Positions 1-10,111 of a stretch of 64,000 nt of DNA are shown piece after piece (the stretch's first letter is position 1; every line of letters begins with the position of its first letter). The stretch is taken from the IMG/VR virus record IMGVR_UViG_3300025121_000282, positions 250,887 through 314,886 of that record; one strand, 5' to 3'. Under the pieces are notes generated by a model, which saw nothing but the letters and a program-made list of their open reading frames with translations, did no database searches and was not told where the DNA came from. The position numbers were made by a program, and so were the translations under genes.

Positions 1-2958
1 AGTGAACGACTTAGTACTCGTTACCCGCACTATGTGTCCTGGTTGCCAATTCTGAACCAAGTCATTTTTGGATGTAAAAGTGACGGACCCCACAGCAAAA
101 TCGCATGTGCCTACAAGTGTGTAGTCACTACTTTCAAGAATTTTGGAAGATACCAGTACAATGGGTGCTGTATACTGACGACGAAGGTATTCGTCATCTG
201 CAAGCGTGATAACAGTGGTATTCAGCCCCGGGTTGAAAACGGCTGTGTTGATGGTGTATGCATCACCATCAAATAACACGATGACACCGGCTAAACTTGA
301 ACGGTCGCCTACTACACTAAACTCGTTTGTGTTTGACACCAACGAGAGTCTTGTGTCCCTCGGCGTGAAAGAAGTAGAAAATGCCTTCTCCCCTCCTAGG
401 GCTGTTTTGGTCTTAAATTTTATTATTACGTTATCACTAATACCCACTTTAGCATTAGTGAACATAATTTTACTGTCGTCTATTGTATACTGGTCAGGAC
501 TTTTAATGGGCCTGCCCTTTATATATACCCTGGCAGAGCCGTCTACTACTTCGTGCCCTTCTGGGTTAAATGTTGCATAGGACAGGCTGTTATGTACAAC
601 GGCTGTGCTTGTCCGTTCTATTTCTAGAAATTCCTCAACCAGCACTCCAGGTTCATCCAGGTCTATGGGTTGATAATACTCCGCCAGTACTTTATCTTCA
701 GACAGCAATCCCTGATTTAAAGATATAGAGCCATCCGGTGAAAAGTTCACCTCGTTAAGTGGGTATTGGTACCCCACCCACACGTCTTCTTCTGGAAAGT
801 TATCAAGTATGTTTTGACTAAAAATTATGTGTCCAGACCATGGGTCCACTGAGTATTCTAAATCATCCATGCTCTGGGGCTTAAGATGTATGCTGTACCT
901 TAAATCGGAATCACTGTATGCTATGTTTGGTGTTACTATAACTCTAGAGGGTGTGTCTCCTACCGGGGCGGAAACGCCAGTAACAGTATGGGTACTGGTA
1001 GTGACACCATGGACCAAAATTCTGCTGCCAACTTCTACTAGGGTGTGTATTGGCAACTCGGATTCTGTGTCCTGGAACCAAGACGGTTGGCCCAATACAG
1101 TCTCTCCGGTGTACCCTAGTATGGGGCTCACTTCCAATAAATCGGATTCTAAATCGATCCGTACCCTAGAATAGGAGGTTCTAATTTGAGGAGCACTGCC
1201 AACAGTGCTTTCTGCTTTATAAAAACGGTGTACAGACAGCAACGGTAAATTTAGAGTACACGGAGACAAAACATTATCTGCTAGTGTCTCTTCTGTTACA
1301 ATGCTCTTAAGTGTAACAGACCCAGCACTAGAACTAAGAATGTACCTGTCAGAGTCTAATGACGCCCATGGTTTACCGTCCCTGTATTTATACTCGAATG
1401 AGTATTCTCTGCCCAATAAAACTGAGTGTGGTAGGTTTACGGCATATGTGTCTTCTGGCAAGCTTACTTCAAGGTTGTTCACCCGTCTGTGCAGCACCAA
1501 TTCAGTTCCAGACTCAGATATTACATAGGCTCCATCTTTCCCTGATGGGGTAATCCCATCTTCCGCTAACTGGCCGGCAGGGAAAGCTCCAGATAGTGCT
1601 ACTACATCAAATCTTAGATTGTTATTGTGTATAGGCGTCACAAATAGAGGTATTGTTGAAGAGCCCCCGATTTTAACATCAAATGGCTCGTCTGATGTGT
1701 ATGAGCCTGTAGCGTATACGTCAGGTTCATTCCAGGTGGTTGGGTATGCTATGTTTCTAAAGAATCTACAGTGTATTCCGTCCTCGATATGGACGTCACC
1801 CGTCACCCAGTATAAATCCCAGTCCCCCTTGCTAGACCTATCAGAGGTTGAGGTTGTTATTTGACCTGTAGTTCTGCGTATGGCTATACTGCCCCTTTTG
1901 AGGTCTCCAGGGCTAGGGTCATAATCAACCCACTGAGGTTTAGAAAAAACATATGTGTTATCCCCAGACTTGGCATACACAAAGATTTCTCCACCCTCAG
2001 TCACTGGGCTACCATATAAAGTTGCAAGTTCTGGGTTGTTTATTGTACCAATACTTCTTACATTCTCAAATGCATCCGGGTCTGAATAATCTGTACTAGG
2101 GCTAGTCACGGGCTGAGCTTGGGAGTTTAGCCCGTTGTTTACTCCTAAGTAATAGACATATCTACCACCGTACTCTGTTATATCTGCATCCGAAATAGTA
2201 ACTTCACCCGTGTTTGATACATAAAATTCACCTGATACGGGGGTGTTATCACCTAGGTGCAAAGGAGGGTAATTACCAATTCTAATTATTGATTTTTCAC
2301 CAGAGATGGGGACTGGCTGTAGGTATAAAATTTCACCAACTTTACCAATTACACCTGTACTGTCTTTAAAAGAAGCGAAGACATTTCCGAACCACATAAC
2401 AGGGTGCGGTTCACAGTCTACAGAGTTTATTCTTATTACATTATCTTGTTTAAAAAGAGAGACTGTCCCGGAGACTGGGATTTCCACTACACTGGTGGAC
2501 AAATCGTCTACAATATTGATTGTGACAGCAACATCATTTATGGTTAGTCTAATGGACGCCGGAGTCTCTTCTGCCAAGTTGTAATTAGGCGATGGCTTAA
2601 TCTGGATGTCTAAATGGTCAGAATCACCTACTGTTATGGCTGCATTGGACGTAAGCACAGTGGGGGGTAACCCGGGTAGTGGGTCCCACCTTGACACAGA
2701 GCCATTCCACCCAAATCTGGCTCTGTTTGGCTCATTCTTGGTCCAACGAAAAGACGCTAATGGTAGTTTTGCATTTTTGTTGGATTGAACTAGGTACTCT
2801 GCTCTGTTACCCGGGTTCTCGTCATTCGGGTCCCAAACGCTCTCATAATCATTTAGTTTTGCTGTAGGAACATACACGTCTGGGGGTAGAGTTGTAATCT
2901 TATTTGCAGACGAGACTCTTGGTTTTTCTAAAGTGTACCCAGTAAATTTAAATGCCAT
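1..2958 (-). CDS. Large virion structural protein (baseplate/tail-associated), 3' end truncated by the window edge, >986 aa
   Basis: ATG at 2958 (MAFKFTGYTLEKPRVSSANK...), 1 nt after the stop of the upstream gene; segments translated by hand near both ends are open and the ORF track lists no terminated minus-strand ORF here, consistent with no stop before base 1; follows spike/hub genes. Confidence 0.8.
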   Translation of the reverse strand, partial: MAFKFTGYTLEKPRVSSANKITTLPPDVYVPTAKLNDYESVWDPNDENPGNRAEYLVQSNKNAKLPLASFRWTKNEPNRARFGWNGSVSRWDPLPGLPPTVLTSNAAITVGDSDHLDIQIKPSPNYNLAEETPASIRLTINDVAVTINIVDDLSTSVVEIPVSGTVSLFKQDNVIRINSVDCEPHPVMWFGNVFASFKDSTGVIGKVGEILYLQPVPISGEKSIIRIGNYPPLHLGDNTPVSGEFYVSNTGEVTISDADITEYGGRYVYYLGVNNGLNSQAQPVTSPSTDYSDPDAFENVRSIGTINNPELATLYGSPVTEGGEIFVYAKSGDNTYVFSKPQWVDYDPSPGDLKRGSIAIRRTTGQITTSTSDRSSKGDWDLYWVTGDVHIEDGIHCRFFRNIAYPTTWNEPDVYATGSYTSDEPFDVKIGGSSTIPLFVTPIHNNNLRFDVVALSGAFPAGQLAEDGITPSGKDGAYVISESGTELVLHRRVNNLEVSLPEDTYAVNLPHSVLLGREYSFEYKYRDGKPWASLDSDRYILSSSAGSVTLKSIVTEETLADNVLSPCTLNLPLLSVHRFYKAESTVGSAPQIRTSYSRVRIDLESDLLEVSPILGYTGETVLGQPSWFQDTESELPIHTLVEVGSRILVHGVTTSTHTVTGVSAPVGDTPSRVIVTPNIAYSDSDLRYSIHLKPQSMDDLEYSVDPWSGHIIFSQNILDNFPEEDVWVGYQYPLNEVNFSPDGSISLNQGLLSEDKVLAEYYQPIDLDEPGVLVEEFLEIERTSTAVVHNSLSYATFNPEGHEVVDGSARVYIKGRPIKSPDQYTIDDSKIMFTNAKVGISDNVIIKFKTKTALGGEKAFSTSFTPRDTRLSLVSNTNEFSVVGDRSSLAGVIVLFDGDAYTINTAVFNPGLNTTVITLADDEYLRRQYTAPIVLVSSKILESSDYTLVGTCDFAVGSVTFTSKNDLVQNWQPGHIVRVTSTKSFT

Positions 2959-2959
2959 G

Positions 2960-3538
2960 TCAACTCACTATTCCGATGCTTACAGATGGTACAACAGAAA
3001 ACGGGTACTGTGGGGTTCCGACAACAGTCAGAGGGCTTGCTGAAGCCAAAACTGAGGTGCACACACCATCGGCTATTGCCAAGGACATACTCTTCAGCAT
3101 TTCTCCATCACCCACTAAAGAGCTAAAATATCCTAATAGGAAATTATATAGTGTCACTGATGGAACTGCAGTGAAATTCGCGGTCCCAGACCCGCTCCCA
3201 ACTATGGTAGGAGCAGTTATCAGCCCACTGCTGCTTACATACTCAGAAATTGTAGACCCAATTGCATAGGCTAAACTTTGTGAAGCAGACCCTACCAAAC
3301 CGTAAGAACTAAAACTAGCCACCATGATTTGACCCAGTGCAGGAGGAATTATAAAATTGCCAGAAGCTGACCCAGTACCCATAGGTCCGGTGCAAGTTGC
3401 ATTCGCACTCAACATCATTAAAAAATCGGAAACGCCACTAGAAATGGCTAGTGCCTCCGCAGATGCTTTCTGTCCAACTATACCCACTGAAGTGAATTTA
3501 GAAATAAGGGCGGAGGATAATACTTTAGCTACAATCAT
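2960..3538 (-). CDS. Gly/Ser/Ala-rich baseplate/spike-associated protein (192 aa)
   Basis: Start moved to ATG 3538 (MIVAKVLSS), which forms an ATGA overlap with the spike stop codon; position directly after the spike. Confidence 0.6.
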   Translation of the reverse strand: MIVAKVLSSALISKFTSVGIVGQKASAEALAISSGVSDFLMMLSANATCTGPMGTGSASGNFIIPPALGQIMVASFSSYGLVGSASQSLAYAIGSTISEYVSSSGLITAPTIVGSGSGTANFTAVPSVTLYNFLLGYFSSLVGDGEMLKSMSLAIADGVCTSVLASASPLTVVGTPQYPFSVVPSVSIGIVS

Positions 3539-5601
3539 GACACTCTTACAAAAGGGGACCCAAAAAGTGGTAACCCCGTTATGTAGTCCAAATGCGGCCC
3601 CGGCATTGGTATGCCACCACACACCGCACCATAAATCGGAGACGGGCCTAATAACACCATAGGGGAAGCTACAATGTGTGTGGCAGAAGTTTGGATGATT
3701 GCCCCCGTGCAGGTCATCGTGATTGCCCCCGAACCAGTAGAAATAGCAACAGCCCCCGAACCAGTAGAAATAGCAACAGCCCCTACGCCTACCGAAACAG
3801 TATAAGACCCGGTTGCTATGTTATCAGTTATGGCGCCAGTCACTACATTTCTAGAAATGGAGCCAGCAACCACACTGGTCACGTCATTGCCAGCCAGTAA
3901 AGTTTTCTCTCTGTTACCAAGTAAAATTCTGATGGCGTCTGCAGTAGGACTTGGACGAAGCGGGTTGGCGTTTGCTATTGTTACCGATCTGCCTCCCCCG
4001 AATTGGGCGGAGGTGGCCCCTACTACGGTAGTGGTTTCGTCACCACCAACCATTCTGGTTTGGTCGTTTTCAGTTATTGTAGACGCTCTGGCGGCATTTA
4101 TGCTCACGTTGCTGCCGCTTAGTATTCTACTTCCCTTCACATTCTCAGTTATTTTCCCTGAAATGTTTATTTCGTAGTCACCATTTACATCTTGTCTCCA
4201 GGCTAACCCGTTGGAATCCTTCCCAAAAGAAAAGTGCACCCCACCTTTCCCAACTACTTCTAGGCTTTTCCCACCCTCACCAGTTCCAGCGGATATGTCT
4301 ATCTTGTTGGAGGTTTTTAGGGCAAAGCTGTTGTTGTTGCTGTCACCCCCTAGTACCACTAGGGCCCCACCCTCAAGATTTGCTTCTAAGCTTCTGCCAA
4401 GGCTCGCTGCAGACGGTTTTGGTATGTGATACGAGTGCTTGCCATCCCAATCAACGACGTGGTATACGGAACGCCCATCAGCACGAGTCATGCGGTACAA
4501 GTGGCTCACTGCTCTCGTAGAGGTTTCCGAAGCCTCTCCTTGGGCATCGTTGACACCTACAAATTGCGGATTACCAGAGCCGGGAGCCGGGTCCTCGGTC
4601 CACATTATAAATTTAAGTGGTTTGCCGTACACGGGCAAATCGTTGAGAGCCAGAGATTTACTTACAAGGGTGCCGTCTATTATTTCTATTTCGGGAGGGT
4701 TTCTATTTAGTGTTTTTTCACCAGCCTCCGGGTTAACTGCTAAATTAGAGGTTCTTCGTATTTCAGTTCTGTGCTCTACCAGTATTGGGTACAAACCCCC
4801 CAGTGTCTGCCAATGGCTGGCAACATAATTCAGTATGGTTCCATCTGGTGCAATGGACACATTGCCAATCATTGGGTTCGTATATGGAGAGTCCTTTATA
4901 AAATCCGGTACTGTGGCGTCAGATGGGCAATACAGATCATTTCTTTGGATAGGCCCAGAAAATATAGAGACGCCGCCATATGACTGAAAATTTTCATTTG
5001 CAGAAACTATAAAGGCGTGGTCTGAAGGCCTAAGCCTTATCTCACACCCAGTGGAATCTTGTAAGCTTACACCATCGTCTAGGTACAGGTCAGACCCATC
5101 TTTAGATGAAATTACATACTCACCCGGGTACGACCTGGGTTTTACATGGCGAGTTACCTCTAAGTACCCCCTCATTCTTTCGGCTGTCTCAGGGTCTAAA
5201 AGGTCCGGGTCTACGTCCTGGGTTACTCCCCCGTCATGGCCCTCTTTTGTTTGAGTGGGGTGCACCGATATAATGTATGGCTCGTAAATGTTAGAACCCG
5301 TATTTATCTCATAAAATCCACACAATACTTTGGTCCCAAACTCTAAAGTCATCCCGGATTGTGTCCTAGGACCTCCGGATGCCGGCATTCTTACTCCGGA
5401 CCTTCCCCCCGTTTGACCTATCCAGGCCAAGTCCACTGTGTGGTTTTCTGCGTCTACAAAGGTAACTGTAGCAAATTTAGGCTTGCCCCTGTTTTGAGGA
5501 CTATTTAAATCAATGTTAGAAGGTAACTTCTCACCTGAGTTAGTATAAGCACCAGCGTGGCCAGGGGACCTCGATGCACTAGCAGAAGATGGCTTTCTCA
5601 T
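3535..5601 (-). CDS. Baseplate central spike, Gp5/VgrG/GpV-like (N-terminal OB-fold, C-terminal beta-helix repeats)
   Basis: N-terminal FATVTFVDAENHTVDLAW OB-fold-like segment; C-terminal V/I-x-G short-period repeats (VAISTGSGA x2); follows the hub gene. Confidence 0.75.
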   Translation of the reverse strand: MRKPSSASASRSPGHAGAYTNSGEKLPSNIDLNSPQNRGKPKFATVTFVDAENHTVDLAWIGQTGGRSGVRMPASGGPRTQSGMTLEFGTKVLCGFYEINTGSNIYEPYIISVHPTQTKEGHDGGVTQDVDPDLLDPETAERMRGYLEVTRHVKPRSYPGEYVISSKDGSDLYLDDGVSLQDSTGCEIRLRPSDHAFIVSANENFQSYGGVSIFSGPIQRNDLYCPSDATVPDFIKDSPYTNPMIGNVSIAPDGTILNYVASHWQTLGGLYPILVEHRTEIRRTSNLAVNPEAGEKTLNRNPPEIEIIDGTLVSKSLALNDLPVYGKPLKFIMWTEDPAPGSGNPQFVGVNDAQGEASETSTRAVSHLYRMTRADGRSVYHVVDWDGKHSYHIPKPSAASLGRSLEANLEGGALVVLGGDSNNNSFALKTSNKIDISAGTGEGGKSLEVVGKGGVHFSFGKDSNGLAWRQDVNGDYEINISGKITENVKGSRILSGSNVSINAARASTITENDQTRMVGGDETTTVVGATSAQFGGGRSVTIANANPLRPSPTADAIRILLGNREKTLLAGNDVTSVVAGSISRNVVTGAITDNIATGSYTVSVGVGAVAISTGSGAVAISTGSGAITMTCTGAIIQTSATHIVASPMVLLGPSPIYGAVCGGIPMPGPHLDYITGLPLFGSPFVRVS
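3725..3783. repeat. 27-bp in-frame tandem duplication (GCCCCCGAACCAGTAGAAATAGCAACA x2) in spike beta-helix
   Basis: Two exact copies at 3725-3751 and 3752-3778 plus a partial third. Confidence 0.9.
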
Positions 5602-5607
5602 AACAAA

Positions 5608-8553
5608 TTACACCCTAGGAAAGCTATCAATGTCTAAGTCAGCAGCCCACTCAAGAATCTTGGCTACCTCGTCATTGGCCTTTTCGGTATACCCTAATTC
5701 GGCTCTCAGTTCTCTTATGGCGTCGTCGGCTATTTTCCTGCGAGCCAACAGTTCTGTAGCTTCGTCGTATTCTGCTCCACTAGGCCCCGCCATCCCCATT
5801 TCTTTTTGAGTTGGAGGAGGGACCATGGCCCCGGGTGGTGAAAATCCTTCTGATTGCTGCAATAAGCCAGGGGCTGTTATGTACTCACCCGACAACTCTT
5901 TTTCTATTTCTGAGTGCGTAATGAATTCGAATTCGTTAATTGACAATAGTTGAGATACTATGTCGGACACAGATGATTTCCTAAGTGACTCTTGTGTTGC
6001 CCCGATGTGATCCACACCTGCGTTGATCACTGCCCTAATTAAGGGGTCATCCTTTTTTAGGGAGCACAAGCACTTTCCACTTAGTTCCAGAGGCTGCATT
6101 TCTGATAACGATTTGCTGGCATCCAAAACCCCCACTTGATGCACAGACCTACTTTGGTCTGCCACAGAGGGCTTGGGTGGAGTCCTCAAATTCAAGGTTC
6201 CGTCATCTATTTCTGGGATCAACTCTGCAATCGTGTCTGCAGCCATAGACTCGTCTACACGAGTCATTTTGCCCATGGAATTGACTCGCCAACCTCTACC
6301 GTAGGGCCAGTTCCCGTATACTTCGTAGCCAAATTCATCTGAGATTGGTTGTACAAGGTGGTGGCGAAATATGGCTTTACCTTTACTTGAAGTCTCAGAT
6401 ACAGATGCTACTGATATGTATTCTATTTTCTTTAGCTGCTCATTGTCAGGCACACCATCGTTTATCTTTAATAGAGCCTCGTCTTGCAACGCATATTTGT
6501 AATACCCCCAAGCTTCGGTAGCTCCGTGAGCAAAAGCGTTTATTGATGCATTCAATTCGGCGTACTCGCCTGTATACATTTCACTGTTGGCGTTGTCTTG
6601 GTTATACTCTTCTGAGTCTGTTTGGACTTTTCCGCTAGCACTCAAAATGGCATTTACACCGGGTAAAGAGAGTATATCTCTCGATGCCATTCTTGCCATT
6701 CTTGCCACATCCGTCACGAGGTTGACAACATCAGCGGCGTTTTCAAATTGATTTAAATTTTTATCAACAACTGACGCAATTCTACTTTCTAAGACTAGTT
6801 TAGCTTCAGCTGATGCTGCTCTGGTCTTAGCTGCTTCAATTTGCTTTTGGATCTTCTTATCAAGTCTGCTCGCGCCAAGCTTCTTTCCACTTTCTCTAAA
6901 CTCTTTTAGTTTTTCGAAATTTGGCATCAATACAACATTAGGTATGCCGCGATTGGCAGAATTGGTGGCTCGGATTTCGTTTCTTTTTGCGACTAGGTTA
7001 GCAGTCATGGTTCCGGAGGTTTTGGCGTCCAGATTCATGTCCCTGTCCATGGTAAAGCTTGATCGCGGGGCTGTAAGGGTTAGACTTGTAGTAGCTCTGC
7101 CGCTAAATGTAAGGCTATGATTCACGGACAGTACATACCAAAATGTGTCAGACGGCTCTATATACACTGGTATTCCCATGCGAATTTCAGGTCTATGTGG
7201 AATTTCTACGTTGGCAGACCGTCTTTTAGAATTCAAAACGTCCAGTCTATCCACGGCGTAAATCCACAAACTGTATGGGTCTGAATAATACTCCATACGG
7301 GTTTCAGGACCCATTCTGTACCCATACCGTTTTGCCAATCTGTGATCCACCACAATACCCTGTGGTACCAACCACCCCTCGCCCCCCACCGCTATATCAC
7401 TCCTGATGAAGCTACCTGCTACCTTTAGTACGGTGTATACCCTGCTCTCGTCATCTGATTCAGACCAACTTATAATGTCTTTGTCTGTTATTATTTGGGT
7501 TGGCAAATTCATAACATTCATATTGTACCATGGTGGTTTGAAGGTTATACCGCCGTCAGAGTCCATGTAGAATTCGTACCCTATAAGGTCTTTTATTTGG
7601 TTGGCTAACTCCAACCTAGACATTTGTTCAGCCTCAAACACTGGCCCTGGCTGGAACTGGAGCTGCTTGGCTAATAGTACTTTAGACACATCCATTCTAA
7701 CGGCATCAAATTTTGTAGTGTTCCGATTCCCTCTATCTTTTGGTTTAGTCCTTTTACCATAAAGCACCATTTGTTGCATGGCCTTAAGGTCGGGCATGAA
7801 GGTGTCTTCTGAGGTACCGTCTGCATTTTTCTTGACCCCTAATCCGTACACCCGAATATTAAATATTTGTTTTTTAAATCTTTCCACCCAATATGACATC
7901 ACGTCGGCCACGTCTACAAACTTTTCAGATGGGGTAGACTGGGCATAACTTTCCAACTGTCCGGACAAAAGGGCGTTGTCGCCTGCTACGTTTAAAGCTA
8001 TAAAATAAAATATTTGGAAAACGCTCCATCCTTCAAATGCATGGCCCGCTGCTCCGGTAGCACCTTGGATAGACCCACCATAGTTACTAGTAACCACACC
8101 TCGCTGGGTGGTGACCCGTGTCAGTTCCCACCATTTTGTTATGTCTGCGCAGTTTATTGATACAGTGTGCTCACCACCACTCCACCCTGTTTGAATGGTG
8201 GTGACAACGCCCCAAAATATGGGGTAATATTTACATTCTCCGTTTATGTGATAAGCACCTTTAGAGTGTATCTCTATTTCCATCATGGAATTTATTATGA
8301 AAACGCCGTCTTTACGAAAGTTATCAAAATCGTGTATAGGTATACATAGTGATATAGAAGCAGACCCCGGGGCATTCTCTACAGACAAATCTGTGGTTAT
8401 GCCTGTTACATAATTGTTTATGTCTATTTTACGGTGACAATCCAGACAAGATGTAACCTCAACGAGGCCATTTATGTACACGATGCAGTCTGGGGCCATC
8501 CTTATAACGGGTCTGGCGTTTTCGACCCAACTGCCACTCCATGGGCTAGACAT
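5608..8553 (-). CDS. Baseplate hub protein (gp27/late control D-like) with long C-terminal extension
   Basis: PIFWGVV, YEFYMDSDGGITFKPP, RPEIRMGIPVYI and WYVLSVNHSLTF-x-TTSLTL segments typical of hub proteins; located between tube initiators and spike. Confidence 0.7.
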   Translation of the reverse strand: MSSPWSGSWVENARPVIRMAPDCIVYINGLVEVTSCLDCHRKIDINNYVTGITTDLSVENAPGSASISLCIPIHDFDNFRKDGVFIINSMMEIEIHSKGAYHINGECKYYPIFWGVVTTIQTGWSGGEHTVSINCADITKWWELTRVTTQRGVVTSNYGGSIQGATGAAGHAFEGWSVFQIFYFIALNVAGDNALLSGQLESYAQSTPSEKFVDVADVMSYWVERFKKQIFNIRVYGLGVKKNADGTSEDTFMPDLKAMQQMVLYGKRTKPKDRGNRNTTKFDAVRMDVSKVLLAKQLQFQPGPVFEAEQMSRLELANQIKDLIGYEFYMDSDGGITFKPPWYNMNVMNLPTQIITDKDIISWSESDDESRVYTVLKVAGSFIRSDIAVGGEGWLVPQGIVVDHRLAKRYGYRMGPETRMEYYSDPYSLWIYAVDRLDVLNSKRRSANVEIPHRPEIRMGIPVYIEPSDTFWYVLSVNHSLTFSGRATTSLTLTAPRSSFTMDRDMNLDAKTSGTMTANLVAKRNEIRATNSANRGIPNVVLMPNFEKLKEFRESGKKLGASRLDKKIQKQIEAAKTRAASAEAKLVLESRIASVVDKNLNQFENAADVVNLVTDVARMARMASRDILSLPGVNAILSASGKVQTDSEEYNQDNANSEMYTGEYAELNASINAFAHGATEAWGYYKYALQDEALLKINDGVPDNEQLKKIEYISVASVSETSSKGKAIFRHHLVQPISDEFGYEVYGNWPYGRGWRVNSMGKMTRVDESMAADTIAELIPEIDDGTLNLRTPPKPSVADQSRSVHQVGVLDASKSLSEMQPLELSGKCLCSLKKDDPLIRAVINAGVDHIGATQESLRKSSVSDIVSQLLSINEFEFITHSEIEKELSGEYITAPGLLQQSEGFSPPGAMVPPPTQKEMGMAGPSGAEYDEATELLARRKIADDAIRELRAELGYTEKANDEVAKILEWAADLDIDSFPRV

Positions 8554-8588
8554 ACTGCAGTATCCTAAACGTCCATGCCGTATTCTCT

Positions 8589-9488
8589 TTAGAGGTTCCC
8601 AACAGCAACCACACCCCTACCAATGATACCGCCTAATTCATTTACTGTGTTTCCAATACCAGAAGTCTTGAAAGAATTAGGCACCCTAATCGATTGATCC
8701 AGCCTCGTGGTTCGATGCACTGTAAAACTTGCACTATAGTCGACAACATGTGGCATGTCTGCTGTCTCATTTATCTGGAACTCTGAAAATCTACCACTGT
8801 ACATAACACCATCATAAAACATGTTTACATAACCAATTTTATACGGGATTCTCGAATCTCCAGCAGAATTGTTGGAAGGTACAGAACCATCCACATAAAC
8901 ATTTCCGTTAGACCGGTATACTGCCACCAAGCTTTGTAAATTTCTCCAGGCAGCTGATCCATTTCTATGTGATCGGGTCAAACCACCATACCCATCTGGG
9001 TCGACACACACGAAACCACCAGTTTGACCGGATATCTTAATCTCGTCTAGGTTTTCGCCCCAGTGTTCTATTTTGTATTTTCTTGTGCGGGTCATTTGAC
9101 CCTCAGTTCTAACTTTTGATAAAGCAAAATCCAGGGTGGATGGGTTTATCAACAACACCAAAGTGGGCAGTGCTTCTATGGCGTCTATAACATCATTCAT
9201 GTTAGCGGGGACTGTGTTGTTGTTCCCTGTGTTGACAGCCTCTAGGTTTTCAGCCCTGGGATTTTTTGGCATAGATTTCCTGCCAAATCCACTATTGATG
9301 GCAGCTTTATTTATACCAACAGTTGACTCGGATACTGTAGACCTGGGCGGGGGCACCAATTTGAAAGCCATAGCGGCACTTTCAGTTCTGGAAGCGGCCA
9401 CGGGCCTCATGGCTGTATTGAGCCATTTTATCCCAGAATTCTCAGGAACCGGGACATTTTCTAAAGTAAATGATGTACTGTCTGCCAT
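8589..9488 (-). CDS. Tail tube initiator / baseplate protein, paralogue A
   Basis: INPS...EHWGENLDEI.ISGQTG...YSGRFSEFQINETADMP pattern shared with the adjacent gene; position after tape measure. Confidence 0.6.
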   Translation of the reverse strand: MADSTSFTLENVPVPENSGIKWLNTAMRPVAASRTESAAMAFKLVPPPRSTVSESTVGINKAAINSGFGRKSMPKNPRAENLEAVNTGNNNTVPANMNDVIDAIEALPTLVLLINPSTLDFALSKVRTEGQMTRTRKYKIEHWGENLDEIKISGQTGGFVCVDPDGYGGLTRSHRNGSAAWRNLQSLVAVYRSNGNVYVDGSVPSNNSAGDSRIPYKIGYVNMFYDGVMYSGRFSEFQINETADMPHVVDYSASFTVHRTTRLDQSIRVPNSFKTSGIGNTVNELGGIIGRGVVAVGNL

Positions 9489-9491
9489 GTC

Positions 9492-10109
9492 CTAAACCTG
9501 ACTATTCGAGTACACGGTTTGTATAACTATTTCCTCAACTTGAAAAGAAATAGAAAATGTAAACATATAAGGCCTAGAAGCATCCTCGGTCCATGTAAAC
9601 TCATTAAAGAATCCGTCGTATACACCCTGGTCAAAAGCCACTCTAATTCTGCCTGCCATATAAACAGAGCCATTTTCATCACGAATCAGGCCATTGTTTC
9701 TGTATAAGTCCAACAACCTTTTAAATTGATAGTTTGACAAAGTTTTGTGTCTAAGTGGGGCAGATTCATTGTTAAATGTGTGGGCAGACACCAACCCGTG
9801 CTCTACCGAAATAAATGCTCCCGTACCGCTCTCTATTTGAAAGATTTGTAGAGATTCGCCCCAGGACTGCTCGATCCATGCGCCTTTGGTGTTGAATGAG
9901 TCTACAACTTTAGACATCTGAGTACTAAACCCAGACGGGTTCACCCTCATATAAAGCGGGGGACTTACCACTGTAGTTAAATCTGGACCTATCACCCAAA
10001 ATACAAAGGGAATCCAGTCCCCGTTGACAGGTTGATCAAGTCCACCCTCATACTGAGTGGAGAGAGACTGTCGGGGGGCTCCCCTTATACCATGTCTACC
10101 GATGGGCAT
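9492..10109 (-). CDS. Tail tube initiator / baseplate protein, paralogue B
   Basis: VNPS...EQSWGESLQI...GTG...YDGFFNEFTWTEDASRP; immediately downstream of tape measure; ends in TAG in frame with paralogue A. Confidence 0.6.
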   Translation of the reverse strand: MPIGRHGIRGAPRQSLSTQYEGGLDQPVNGDWIPFVFWVIGPDLTTVVSPPLYMRVNPSGFSTQMSKVVDSFNTKGAWIEQSWGESLQIFQIESGTGAFISVEHGLVSAHTFNNESAPLRHKTLSNYQFKRLLDLYRNNGLIRDENGSVYMAGRIRVAFDQGVYDGFFNEFTWTEDASRPYMFTFSISFQVEEIVIQTVYSNSQV

Positions 10110-10111
10110 TT

